Below, in pieces: positions 9,217 through 18,886 of a stretch of DNA of 64,000 nt. Source of the DNA: an uncultured delta proteobacterium (GTDB lineage: Bacteria; Desulfobacterota; Desulfobacteria; Desulfobacterales; Desulfosalsimonadaceae); assembly GCA_963826785.1 (NCBI GenBank), contig CAWGYD010000004.1, positions 192,001-256,000 on the forward strand. The letters are read 5' to 3'. The position numbers were made by a program, and so were the translations under genes. Position 1 is the first letter of the stretch. Every line of letters starts with the position of its first letter. The notes beneath the pieces were generated by a model. It was not told the DNA's origin. It worked only from the letters and a program-made list of their open reading frames with translations, and ran no database searches.

Positions 9217-10212
9217 ATGACTATGAATTTCAAACGCATGAGTGCGTTTATCGCGCTGATCTATGGCGGCATGGCGCTCATGCCGCTGTTTGTGGGCGGC
9301 GTGGATCATCTGATGCATATCCTCATCATGTGCCTGATCTGGGCAGTGGTGGCCTCGTGCTGGGACCTCATCATGGGGTTTGCCGGAATTTTTTCCTTCG
9401 GGCAGGTGGCTTTTTTCGTCATCGGCGCCTATGCCTCGGCCATCCTTTCCATCCAGTTTCATATCCATCCGCTGTTGGCCATGCTCCTGGCCGGAGTGGT
9501 GGCCGCAGCCTTCGGCGTGCTGGTGGGCCTGCCCTGCCTGCGGCTCAAGGGGGCGTATGTCGCGCTGGTGACCTTTGCCGTGCACATGATCCTGGAGCCT
9601 TTTCTGAAAAGCAGCATGGGCCGAGCCATCGGTACCGGCGGCTCCCGGGGGATACTGACCATCCCGCCGCTGGAACTTTTCGGCATCTCCTTCAACACGG
9701 ACCACAAGGTGGCCGTATTCTATGCGGCCCTGGTGCTGGCCGTGGCCTGCTCGATCATCATCATGCTGGTGATCCGATCCTTCTGGGGAAAGGCATTTCT
9801 GGCGCTCAAGGATTCTCAGGAATTTGCCGCCAGCCTGGGCGTCAGCGCGTTTCGGTACAAACTGGCCGTATTCGCCCTCACCAGTTTCCTCACCGGCGTG
9901 GTCGGCGGGTTTTATGGACATTACGTGGGCATGCTCTCCACGCGCATGCTCGGGATCGACCTTTTTGTCACGCTCATGATCATGCTGGTTCTGGGCGGCA
10001 TCGGCCAGTTTCCCGGCGCCATTCTCGGTGCCATCATGACCGTGGCCATCAATGAAAATCTTGCACCCCTCGGATCGTACCGTCCCCTGATACTGGGGGC
10101 CCTGGTGGTGGTGCTGGTGCTTCTGCTCCCCGACGGCATCATTGGCCTGCTGCGCAGGCTTACCCCGGGAAAGACCCCTGTCGCAATTGAATCGACGGCT
10201 TCCGGGGGCTGA
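9217..10212 (+). CDS. LIV-type ABC permease (LivM-like)
   Basis: WDLIMGFAGIFSFGQVAFF, LRLKGAYVALVT, A.SLGV...YKL, VLGGIG, LPDGI motifs. Confidence 0.9.
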   Translation: MTMNFKRMSAFIALIYGGMALMPLFVGGVDHLMHILIMCLIWAVVASCWDLIMGFAGIFSFGQVAFFVIGAYASAILSIQFHIHPLLAMLLAGVVAAAFGVLVGLPCLRLKGAYVALVTFAVHMILEPFLKSSMGRAIGTGGSRGILTIPPLELFGISFNTDHKVAVFYAALVLAVACSIIIMLVIRSFWGKAFLALKDSQEFAASLGVSAFRYKLAVFALTSFLTGVVGGFYGHYVGMLSTRMLGIDLFVTLMIMLVLGGIGQFPGAILGAIMTVAINENLAPLGSYRPLILGALVVVLVLLLPDGIIGLLRRLTPGKTPVAIESTASGG

Positions 10213-10280
10213 ATAAATCGCTGAAAGAAGACGGCAGAAACCGGATACCGTAAACATTCATTTAATAAATGGAGGAAAAA

Positions 10281-11502
10281 GTGAAGAGAACTGGTTTTGT
10301 AATTCTGGTAATTACGGCAATTTTGACCTTTACCGGTACGGCGCTGGCCGCCGATGTGATCAAGGTCGGCGTCCCTCAGGCCATGACCGGCCCTTATACC
10401 GACACGGGCGACAACTACTGGAAGGGGATCAAGATGGCCATCGACGAGATCAATGAAGCACGGCGGCCTTCTGGGCAAAACCCTCGTACCCGTTCGTTTC
10501 GACACCCAGGAATTTGCCCCGGAACGGGTCATGGAGGGTGCCGATTATCTGTGCGGACAGGAAAAAGTGGATTCCGTACACGCCGGCTGGGCCGGCTGGG
10601 GGCAGGATGTGCGCGCATACGGCAAATATAGTGCGCCATTCTTTGCGGACGATGGCTCCCAGTCCGCCGTGGACGTGTTCAACCAGGACCGGGAAAAGTA
10701 CGGAAATATCTTCCAGCTGACCGATACCGACGTCAACCAGGCCACGAGCATGTTCAACGTGCTGATGGCGCTGCCCTATGAATATCCCAACAAGAAGGTG
10801 GTCATCATCAACGCCGACGATGCCTGGGGCATGGGCGTGGGCGACACCCTGGAAGACAATTTCAAGAAAAAGGGGTGGGAAGTGGCCATGCACGAAGTGG
10901 TGCCCTATGGCACCCGGGAATGGGGACCGATCCTCACCCGTATCCGCAGACTCAAGCCCGCCATCATCCACGTGGAAATCGTAAGCGCCCAGGAAGTCAT
11001 CACCTTCTTCCGCCAGTTCATGAAGGCGCCCACCAATTCCATCCTGAGCTACGGCTACTCCATTGTCCCGCGTGAGGTGGTGCAGACCATGGGCAAAGAA
11101 GCCGACGGCCTGATCGGTGAAGTCCCCACGGCCATGCCCACGCCCACGGCGCCCACGCCGGAAGCCCAGGCCTGGGTGGACAAGTTCAAGAAGCAGTGGG
11201 GGCATCAGCCCCAGGCCGGTTCCTGGGCCGCGTACAGCGGCGTAAAAGCCTGGGCCGCGGCCGTTGATGCCGTGGGCAACGAAAAAGACCACAAAGCCGT
11301 CTGCGACTATATCGCCTCCAAGGGATACAAAGGCGAGACCGGCTGGTGGAAATGGGATGAAGACCATGTCATGCGCGGCGGCGGGGATGTGCCCTTCGGC
11401 CATTACCAGGTTCAGGACGGCGAGATGGTGACCATCTTCACCGATCCACCGGCAAAACCGTATCTTGATTTCAAATTCATCACCCCACGCTGGATTAAAT
11501 AA
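10281..11502 (+). CDS. LIV-type ABC substrate-binding protein (LivK-like), one-base frameshift near 10460
   Basis: GGAGG RBS + GTG 10281, signal peptide, IKVGVPQAMTGPY...AIDEINE continuing as GGLLGK in the next frame (ORF 10453-11502). Confidence 0.82.
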
Positions 11503-11509
11503 TTCATGA

Positions 11510-11551
11510 CCACTTCGCCGTGCGGGGGTGAATCCCCGCACGGCGAAGTGG
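11510..11551. repeat. Perfect 18-bp hairpin after the binding-protein gene
   Basis: CCACTTCGCCGTGCGGGG-gtgaat-CCCCGCACGGCGAAGTGG, no U-tract. Confidence 0.8.
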
Positions 11552-11583
11552 CCGTCATCCAGCAATTGGATTTTTCCAAAGTT

Positions 11584-11685
11584 CGTCACCCCGGCGCAGG
11601 CCGGGGTCCAGAAACAATCTAAAAAATTGGATTTCCCTGCTCCGGAATGACGGGTAGGAAGTCCCGATTTTTTTTTACGAATCCA
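11584..11685. repeat. REP/MITE-like repeat
   Basis: CGTCACCCCGGCGCAGGCCGGGGTCCAG ... TGGATT...GGAATGACG ... TTTTTACGAATCCAT. Confidence 0.6.
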
Positions 11686-11713
11686 TAATGATAAAACCCG
11701 TAAAGTTTCTGCT

Positions 11714-12169
11714 TTGAACCGTTTTTCGCAAAAATTATATATCAAAACCAGTTTTGACCGGTGCACGGGATGTGATCTGTGCCGGCTGGCGTGCTCCGAG
11801 CACCTGCTGGGCGGCTACAATCCGCATCGGGCCCTTCTGCACATCCGCCACGCGTGTGAAAACCTATATCATTTTCCCACCGTGTGCAATCAGTGCGAAA
11901 ATGCCTATTGCGCCAAGGTCTGCCCGGTCAACGCCATCGAACGGAACCCGGCCACCGGCGCCCTGGTGGTGGATTCCGGCAAATGCGTCGGGTGCAATCT
12001 CTGCCATCGCTACTGCCCGCTTCACGTGGTGGGCGTGGACCCGGAGCTGAAAAAATCGGTCAAGTGCGACCTGTGCGCGGGCGAGCCCGCCTGCGTGGCC
12101 GCCTGCCCCACCGGCGCCCTGGAACTGGCCGGGTGCGAAGAACGCGCCGAAGCAGGGGAGGGGGCCTGA
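11714..12169 (+). CDS. 4Fe-4S dicluster protein (DmsB/CooF-like electron-transfer subunit)
   Basis: CTGCDLCRLAC, CNQCENAYCAKVCP, CVGCNLCHRYCP, KCDLCAGEPACVAACP; stop overlaps AOR start (TGATG); start codon uncertain. Confidence 0.88.
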   Translation: MNRFSQKLYIKTSFDRCTGCDLCRLACSEHLLGGYNPHRALLHIRHACENLYHFPTVCNQCENAYCAKVCPVNAIERNPATGALVVDSGKCVGCNLCHRYCPLHVVGVDPELKKSVKCDLCAGEPACVAACPTGALELAGCEERAEAGEGA

Positions 12170-13998
12170 TGGCAACCAGCTACATGGGAAAACTGCTGTG
12201 GGTGGATTTGAGCGGCCGGAATTTCCGGGTGACGGAAACGCCGGAACGGCTGCAGTCCGATTTTGTGGGCGGCAAGGGTTTCGGGGCAAAACTGCTCCAT
12301 GACCTGACCGCCGCGGGACTCGACCCCTTTTCGCCCCAATGCCCCCTGATGTTTCTGACCGGCCCGCTGACTGCAACGGCCGCGCCGGCCATGCGGGCCT
12401 GCGTGGTGACAAAGTCTCCGCTCACGGGAACATTCCTCGATTCGTATTTCGGCGGGCGCTTCGGGCCGGAGATCAAGTACGCCGGGTATGACGGCATCAT
12501 CATCACGGGCCGGGCCGAAAAACCGGTTTACCTGTGGATCAGCGATGAGGCAGTGCAGTTTCGCTCCGCAGAAGGCATCTGGGGGGAGGATGCGCTGGCC
12601 GCAAATGAGCGCATTAAAAAAGACCTGGATGAACCGGAGGCCATGGTCGTGACCATCGGCCAGGGCGGTGAAAACCGGGTTCCCTTTGCGCTCATCAGCT
12701 GCGAATACAACCGGCAGGCCGGCCGGGGCGGCGCCGGTGCGGTCATGGGGGCCAAAAACCTGAAAGGCATCGCCGTAAAAGGTTCCGGCCTGGTGAAGGT
12801 CCATGACCTGTCCGCCTTTCAAAAAGCCTGTTGCCAGGCCCATGCGGCAATTGCCGAAAGCGAAGTCTGCAAGACGCTCACCTATGGCGGCACCAGCACC
12901 AGCGTGGCGTGGGCGTCGGAGGCGGGAGTGCTTCCGCACCGGAATTATGCCGAGCAGGTGGATGCCCGGGCCGGCAGGCTCGGCGACGAAGGCCAGTACA
13001 AGCACCTGTTTCTGGGCAAGGCCGCCTGTTTCGGTTGCCCCATCCGCTGCAGCCAGATGGGCGCGGTGCGCACGGGAAAATACGCGCATTTCATCACCGA
13101 CATCGTGGAATACGAATCCGCCGCGCTGATGGGGTCAAACCTGGACATTCACGATATCCGCGCGGTGGCGCACCTGGTGAAATTGTGCGACCGGTACGGA
13201 ATCGATTCCATGAGCGCCGGCGGGGTGATCGGCTTTGCCTTCGAAGCCGCCCGGAATGGCGCCATTCAGGAGCCTGATGGAATAAAACTCGATTTCGGAA
13301 GCGTGGAAGGCGCGCAATATCTCATCTCCGCCATGGCCCTGCAGGAAGACGAACTGGGGCGCCTTCTCTCCCAGGGCGTGAAACGCGCCAGCGAGATCCT
13401 GGGCGGCAATACGGATGCGTATGCCCAACACGTCAAGGGGCTTGAAAGTCCGGCCTGGGGGCCGCGCGGCACACCGGGCATGGGGCTTGCCTACATGACC
13501 GCCGACCGGGGCGGCTGCCACCAGCGGGGATTTATGATCGGCTATGAAGTGGGCGGCGAAACCTACAACGGACGGCCCGTTCAAGCCCACACCCTTTCGG
13601 GCAAAGCGGAGATATTAAAGGACCGGCAGGATTACCTGTCCGGAACCGATGCGCTGGTCAAGTGCGATTTTGCCGCCTTCGGGATATCGCCGCAGGTTTA
13701 TGCCGACCTGTTCACCGCCGCCACCGGAAGACCCGTGGGACCCGGATTTTTCAATGAACTGGGAGAACGCATCTGGAACCAGACCCGGCTGTTCAACCTG
13801 CGGGAAGGTTTCAGTCAAAAAGATGACCGCCTGCCGCGGCGGTTTGTCGAAGAGGCGCTTTCCAGCGGGCCACACAAGGGACAGCGCATCAGTGAAGAAG
13901 ACATGGACTTCATGCGCAACGATTATTACCGCGTGCGAGGCTGGGACGAACAGGGGCGCCCCACGGGGCAGACCCTCGATAGACTGGGGCTGGTGTAA
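12169..13998 (+). CDS. Aldehyde:ferredoxin oxidoreductase family protein (W/Mo-pterin)
   Basis: GGKGFG, KSPLTG, GRGGAGAVMGAKNLK, CFGCPIRC, EYES, LCDRYGIDSMS, RGGCH, YYRVRGWD; start at MATSYMGK (12169). Confidence 0.9.
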   Translation: MATSYMGKLLWVDLSGRNFRVTETPERLQSDFVGGKGFGAKLLHDLTAAGLDPFSPQCPLMFLTGPLTATAAPAMRACVVTKSPLTGTFLDSYFGGRFGPEIKYAGYDGIIITGRAEKPVYLWISDEAVQFRSAEGIWGEDALAANERIKKDLDEPEAMVVTIGQGGENRVPFALISCEYNRQAGRGGAGAVMGAKNLKGIAVKGSGLVKVHDLSAFQKACCQAHAAIAESEVCKTLTYGGTSTSVAWASEAGVLPHRNYAEQVDARAGRLGDEGQYKHLFLGKAACFGCPIRCSQMGAVRTGKYAHFITDIVEYESAALMGSNLDIHDIRAVAHLVKLCDRYGIDSMSAGGVIGFAFEAARNGAIQEPDGIKLDFGSVEGAQYLISAMALQEDELGRLLSQGVKRASEILGGNTDAYAQHVKGLESPAWGPRGTPGMGLAYMTADRGGCHQRGFMIGYEVGGETYNGRPVQAHTLSGKAEILKDRQDYLSGTDALVKCDFAAFGISPQVYADLFTAATGRPVGPGFFNELGERIWNQTRLFNLREGFSQKDDRLPRRFVEEALSSGPHKGQRISEEDMDFMRNDYYRVRGWDEQGRPTGQTLDRLGLV

Positions 13999-14139
13999 TG
14001 TCCCGTCAAAAAGCGTTCTCGGCCGGGTTGTATCGTTACAACACGGTTGAATTTAGAAATTTGAATACAGATACCATGCCGTTTTCTTCTCCTGATATTT
14101 CGGATGAAGGGCAGGCGCATGGAACAGCAAGGAGTCAGC

Positions 14140-15798
14140 ATGAAAAAACACTATGACTATATCATCGTCGGCGGGGGGTCTGCCGGGAGCGTTCTGGCAA
14201 ATCGCCTGAGCACGAACCCGAAAAACCGGGTGCTGGTGCTGGAGGCCGGTCTGCCGGATTACAAATGGGATTTTCGCATCCACATGCCGGCCGCACTCAC
14301 CTATCCCCTGGCCAGCCGCATGTACAACTGGTGGTACGAATCCGAACCCGAGCCCTTCATGCACAACCGCCGGGTATACCAGCCGCGCGGAAAAGTCCTG
14401 GGGGGATCGAGCTGCATCAACGGCATGATCTACATTCGCGGAAACGCCCAGGATTATGAAAAGTGGGCCAAAGAGCCGGGTTTGGGAAAATGGGATTATG
14501 CCCACAACCTGCCCTATTTTCAGCGGTTTGAAGGCCGTCTCCAGGGCGCGGACGAATACCACGGTTCGGTGGGACCCCTTTATCTGACCACCCCGGAGTG
14601 CGCAAACCCCCTGTTTGACGCCTTTTTCCAAGCCGTGCAGGAGGCGGGATACCCGCTCACCACGGATGTGAACGGGTACCGGCAGGAGGGTTTCGGATCC
14701 TTTGACCGCACCTGCTACCGGGGCCGCCGCTGGAACGCGGCCCGGGCGTACATCCACCCGGTCAAAAACCGTTCCAACCTCACCGTCCTCTGCCGGGCCC
14801 ACACCACCCGCATCCTTTTTTCCGGGAAAAGGGCGGTGGGTGTGGAATATGTACGGGGCAAAAAGACCATCCAGGCTTCGGGCGGCGAGATCATCTGCTG
14901 CGGCGGGGCCATCAATTCGCCCTCGCTGCTCCAGCTTTCCGGCGTGGGTAATGCAGCCGAACTCGATGGGCTCAACATCCCCGTGGTGCAGGACCTTCCC
15001 GGTGTGGGCGAAAATCTGCAGGACCACCTGGAAGTCTATGTGCAGTATGCCTGCAAAAAGCCGGTCAGCCTCTATCCGGCCCTCAAAGCCTGGCGGCAGC
15101 CCTTTATCGGGGCACAGTGGCTGTTCAAGCGAAAGGGCGTCGGCGCCAGCAACCATTTCGAGGCGGGCGGTTTCATCCGGTCCAACGACACCCTGGAATA
15201 TCCCAACCTGCAGTATCATTTCCTGCCCATTGCCATCCGCTATGACGGTTCCGTGGCCCAGGGCGGCCACGGCTATCAGGTTCACGTGGGCCCCATGAAT
15301 ACGGACGTGCGCGGAAGCGTCAAAATCACCGGCGCAGACCCTTTTGTCTATCCCAAGGTGAAATTCAACTACCTGTCCACCGAACAGGAGCGCCGGGACT
15401 GGGTGGACGCCATCCGGGTCACCCGAAAGATCATGACCCAGCCGGCCTTCGACGAACTCCGGGGGGCGGAGCTCGCCCCGGGCGAGGCGGCCCAGACGGA
15501 CGAGCAAATTCTGGATTTCGTGGGGCGCGAAGGGGAATCCGCCTATCATCCCAGCTGCACCTGCAAAATGGGAACCGACGACATGGCGGTGGTGGACCCT
15601 CAGCTCAAGGTCCGCGGCGTCGAGAACCTGCGCGTGGTGGACGCCTCGGTCATGCCGTACATCACCAACGGCAATATTTATGCACCGGTGATGATGATTG
15701 CGGAAAAGGCGGCGGACATGATCCTGGGAAACACGCCCCTGGCGCCGTCTCAGGCACCCTTTTACACGGACGAAAAAAAGGCCGATTCATCGGTTTAA
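14140..15798 (+). CDS. betA: Choline dehydrogenase (GMC oxidoreductase)
   Basis: YDYIIVGGGSAG, DFRIHMPAAL.YPL, RGKVLGGSSCINGMIYIRG, GYRQEGFG, GASNHFEAGGFIRS, QYHFLPIAI.YDG, SAYHPSCTCKMG: motifs of the BetA clade; AGGAG RBS. Confidence 0.88.
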   Translation: MKKHYDYIIVGGGSAGSVLANRLSTNPKNRVLVLEAGLPDYKWDFRIHMPAALTYPLASRMYNWWYESEPEPFMHNRRVYQPRGKVLGGSSCINGMIYIRGNAQDYEKWAKEPGLGKWDYAHNLPYFQRFEGRLQGADEYHGSVGPLYLTTPECANPLFDAFFQAVQEAGYPLTTDVNGYRQEGFGSFDRTCYRGRRWNAARAYIHPVKNRSNLTVLCRAHTTRILFSGKRAVGVEYVRGKKTIQASGGEIICCGGAINSPSLLQLSGVGNAAELDGLNIPVVQDLPGVGENLQDHLEVYVQYACKKPVSLYPALKAWRQPFIGAQWLFKRKGVGASNHFEAGGFIRSNDTLEYPNLQYHFLPIAIRYDGSVAQGGHGYQVHVGPMNTDVRGSVKITGADPFVYPKVKFNYLSTEQERRDWVDAIRVTRKIMTQPAFDELRGAELAPGEAAQTDEQILDFVGREGESAYHPSCTCKMGTDDMAVVDPQLKVRGVENLRVVDASVMPYITNGNIYAPVMMIAEKAADMILGNTPLAPSQAPFYTDEKKADSSV

Positions 15799-15843
15799 TC
15801 CATATATTTTTCTAAAACCATTCAACATGATCAGGAGGAGAAG

Positions 15844-16602
15844 ATGAAGAAAAAGATGATGGGAGTTTTGTTGCTGGTACTGCTGGGCGCCGCCGGCACG
15901 GCATTTGCCGGGGAAGGCCCCTTTGCCGCGGACAATTTCAGCGCCACGATGTATCTGACCACGGACTATGTTTCCCGGGGGATATCCTTTTCAGGAGAGG
16001 ACCCGGCCATTCAGGGGACGTTCGATTATGCCAACCCCAACGGCATTTTTGCCGGCATCTGGGCCAGCAGCTGGGACAGCGGGGAAACCTCCAATAACAT
16101 CGAGACCGGCTACTATGCCGGGTATGCGGGAGCGCTGGGAAATGCCGGATACAGCCTTTCGGCCAACTACTACGTCTATCCCGGTGCCGATGATGATGCA
16201 GCGGAATGGGATTACTGGGAATTTGCCGCATCGGCCAATTACACCTTCGATCAGGCGCCCCTGACCCCCGTGGCCGGTGTCGGATATGTCTATTCACCCG
16301 ACTGGTTCGGGGAAGACGGGGATCTCAACTATGTCAATTCAACCCTTGATCTGGCGCTGCCCATGAATCTGGGCCTGGGATTCGAAGTGGGATATTTCGA
16401 TCTCCAGGGCGACAAAACCACTCCGGTGGGATTCGGTCTTGACGGCGGCAGCGGATATGATTACGTCCACTGGAGAGTCGGTCTGTCCACGACCCTGGTG
16501 GGATTCGGCCTTGACCTGAGCTATCATGACACCACCGAGGAGGATTTCTTCGGAGATCTCGGCGGCTCAAGAGTCGTTTTTACCCTGTCGCGCAGCATTT
16601 AA
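15844..16602 (+). CDS. TorF-like putative outer-membrane porin
   Basis: Signal peptide, TTDYVSRGIS...PAIQG.FDY...GIWAS motif, Tyr/Gly-rich beta strands, C-terminal VVFTLSRSI. Confidence 0.75.
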   Translation: MKKKMMGVLLLVLLGAAGTAFAGEGPFAADNFSATMYLTTDYVSRGISFSGEDPAIQGTFDYANPNGIFAGIWASSWDSGETSNNIETGYYAGYAGALGNAGYSLSANYYVYPGADDDAAEWDYWEFAASANYTFDQAPLTPVAGVGYVYSPDWFGEDGDLNYVNSTLDLALPMNLGLGFEVGYFDLQGDKTTPVGFGLDGGSGYDYVHWRVGLSTTLVGFGLDLSYHDTTEEDFFGDLGGSRVVFTLSRSI

Positions 16603-16636
16603 AAATTTAAAAAGATCAGGGTATCTGAAATACGAT

Positions 16637-16680
16637 GCGCCATCTTCGGCTTTGTCAGCCGGGGATGGCGCTTTTTATTT
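16637..16680 (+). terminator. Intrinsic terminator ending the GntR-ABC-AOR-betA-porin operon
   Basis: GCGCCATCTTCGGCT-loop-AGCCGGGGATGGCGC followed by TTTTTATTT. Confidence 0.75.
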
Positions 16681-16798
16681 TGAGATCCGGTTCGGCCATG
16701 CCGGATAAAGGGCCGGCCGGGTACGGCCGTCAGCCGTTTCACCTTGGTTTCTCATGGGAAAAGCAGGTGGGTGGCGGCCATCATGTTGGGCGCCATGG

Positions 16799-18598
16799 TC
16801 ATACTTTTCTGCGAAAGCGTTTCTCGATTTCGCCCACCGGCCATTCCACCAGGGTGGGCCGGCCGTGGGGGCAGTGGAATGGGTTTTCGCACCGGTCCAG
16901 ATCGGACAGCAGGACTTTCATTTCTGTGGGGGCAAGCGGCTGATGGGCCCGGATGGCGCCGTGGCAGGCCATGAGCACCAGGCAGGCGTCAATGACGTCG
17001 GCAAGGCCGGGAGAATGGCCCACCGCGTTGATGGTCTCGGCCATTTCCACGATCAGGGGCCTGATTTCCTGCTGGCCCAGCAGGACCGGGGCCGCCTTGA
17101 CCACGAAGGTGTTCCCCCCGAAAGGTTCGATTTCCAGGCCCAGCTGATTGAGCTCTTCGATGATCTCGCCGATGGCCGATGCTTCCTTGAATCCCAGTTC
17201 GAACGTCTCCGGCAGGATCAGCTTCTGGACGGCCGTTTGCCCGGCATGCGAATGGCCGGATTTGAGGCGTTCGTAGACGATCCGTTCATGTGCGGCATGC
17301 TGGTCCACCAGGATCAGTTCGCCTTCATGCTCGCAAAGGATATAGGTGTTCTGGAACTGGCCGATCACCCGGAATTCGGAAAATCGTTTCTTCTCCCACA
17401 GGGGCGTCTGCGTAAACGCTGATTGGGGCTTTACGGGTTTGATCAACGGCAGCGGGTCTTCATGCGGTGGCTGCGGCTTCGGGGCGTGCGGCTCATCCGG
17501 GGTGCGCGGCTGGGTTTGAAAAGCGGGGGGCGAAGGATGGGCAAACAGGGGGATCGATTCCTGAACCCGGCCGGGAGGCGGAACAGAAGCGGTCCGGAAG
17601 GGTTTTTCCCGGGCCGAGGCAAACGCCCCCGCCACTGCCGCCCGGATCGCCTCGTAAATCTGCCGGGAATCGGCAAACCGGATTTCGTGCTTGGCGGGAT
17701 GCACATTGACATCCACTTCTTCGGGCGGCAGTTTCAAAAACAGCGCGGCCACGGGAAATCTGCCTTTCATGATCCTTCCCCGGAAGCCTTCAAACAGGGC
17801 ATACTGCATCCCCCGGTCGCGGATGTGACGGCCGTTGACAAAGGTGTAGATTTTCTGGGAAGTACTTCGGGTCACCGACGGGTCGGCGATCCACCCGGAA
17901 AGGCGGATGTTTCCGGTGGCAAAGGCCACCGGATGAAGAGAAGATCGGATTTCCGGCCCCAGCACGTCGGCGGTGCGGTCGATGGGGTCGGCCGCCCGGG
18001 GCCAGCTTTTCACCTCTTTTGAGTTGTGGATCAGGACAAACCGGATATCCGGCCAGGCAAGTGCCGTGCAGGCCGCCAGTTCGGCGATGTGCCCCATTTC
18101 CGTGCTGACGGTTTTCAAGAACTTGCGCCGGGCGGGGGTATTGAAAAACAGCTGGCGGACCGCGATCATGGTCCCCACCGGCGCACCGGTTTCGGCAACC
18201 GATTTGATCTTTCCCCCTTCCACCTCGATGCGGGTGCCGGCATCATGGCCGGCCTCCCGGGTCTCTATGGTCAGCCTGGAAACCGAGGCGATGCTGGGCA
18301 GGGCCTCTCCCCGGAAACCCAGCGTGCGGATGGAAAACAGGTCCGGGTCATCGGCGATCTTGCTGGTGGCATAGCGCTCCAGGGCCAGCAGGGCGTCGTC
18401 GTGCCCCATGCCCGACCCGTCATCCGCCACCCGGATCAGGCTCCGGCCTCCCTGGCCGATCTCGATGGTGATCTTCGTGCTGCCGGCATCGATGGCGTTT
18501 TCGAGCAGTTCCTTGACCACCGAGGCCGGACGCTCCACCACCTCCCCGGCGGCAATCTTGTTGGAAAGGATTTCCGGAAGGATTCTGATTTTGGTCAA
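16799..18598 (-). CDS. mutL: DNA mismatch repair protein MutL
   Basis: KIAAGEVVERPASVVKELLENAIDAG, GFRGEAL, DVNVHP, DQHAAHER, ACH, CPHGRP. Confidence 0.97.
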   Translation of the reverse strand: MTKIRILPEILSNKIAAGEVVERPASVVKELLENAIDAGSTKITIEIGQGGRSLIRVADDGSGMGHDDALLALERYATSKIADDPDLFSIRTLGFRGEALPSIASVSRLTIETREAGHDAGTRIEVEGGKIKSVAETGAPVGTMIAVRQLFFNTPARRKFLKTVSTEMGHIAELAACTALAWPDIRFVLIHNSKEVKSWPRAADPIDRTADVLGPEIRSSLHPVAFATGNIRLSGWIADPSVTRSTSQKIYTFVNGRHIRDRGMQYALFEGFRGRIMKGRFPVAALFLKLPPEEVDVNVHPAKHEIRFADSRQIYEAIRAAVAGAFASAREKPFRTASVPPPGRVQESIPLFAHPSPPAFQTQPRTPDEPHAPKPQPPHEDPLPLIKPVKPQSAFTQTPLWEKKRFSEFRVIGQFQNTYILCEHEGELILVDQHAAHERIVYERLKSGHSHAGQTAVQKLILPETFELGFKEASAIGEIIEELNQLGLEIEPFGGNTFVVKAAPVLLGQQEIRPLIVEMAETINAVGHSPGLADVIDACLVLMACHGAIRAHQPLAPTEMKVLLSDLDRCENPFHCPHGRPTLVEWPVGEIEKRFRRKV

Positions 18599-18601
18599 GC
18601 C

Positions 18602-18784
18602 TTACTCCGCCGGCTCGTCTTTCAGGCATTTGTATAAAAATTCCTGCTTGTCCGGGGGGAGATCAAACACCAGCGAGGCTTCCTCCACCAGCTTGTGAAT
18701 CGGCTTTTCCGGGTTGTCCTGACGCATCTGCGAAATCCACTTGACCGCCTTTCGCAGGTCTTCTCCTTTGGGTTCGATGCTCAT
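18602..18784 (-). CDS. Small hypothetical protein upstream of mutL
   Basis: 60 aa, GAGG RBS, helical LRKAVKWIS...LVEEASLVFDL pattern; 3 nt from the mutL start. Confidence 0.65.
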   Translation of the reverse strand: MSIEPKGEDLRKAVKWISQMRQDNPEKPIHKLVEEASLVFDLPPDKQEFLYKCLKDEPAE

Positions 18785-18809
18785 GTGTGATTTCCTCTTT
18801 TCAGAATAA

Positions 18810-18863
18810 TGATGAAATCGTAAAAATGTCTTCTCCTCATTCCCGTGAAGCCGGGAAACCAGC
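18810..18863. repeat. Partial REP/MITE-like repeat
   Basis: TGATGAAATCGTAAAAA followed by TCATTCCCGTGAAGCCGGGAAACCAG, resembling the ends of the 11584-11685 element. Confidence 0.5.
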
Positions 18864-18886
18864 TTATACCTTTAGACATTCTGCGG

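Noticed and set aside
11884..12168. 95-aa N-terminal extension of AOR in the ORF track
   Set aside because: It is an alternate frame of the Fe-S gene; real start is ATG 12169 with a GGAGG-like RBS and TGATG coupling
14053..15549. Long antisense ORFs (this one, 10450-11766, 18845-19933, 27014-28249, 57505-58860 and others)
   Set aside because: Shadows of well-supported genes in GC-rich DNA; no motifs or RBS
16752..16802. 16-codon ORF overlapping the mutL stop (MTMAPNMMAATHLLFP)
   Set aside because: Too short, no similarity to miaA or any recognisable peptide
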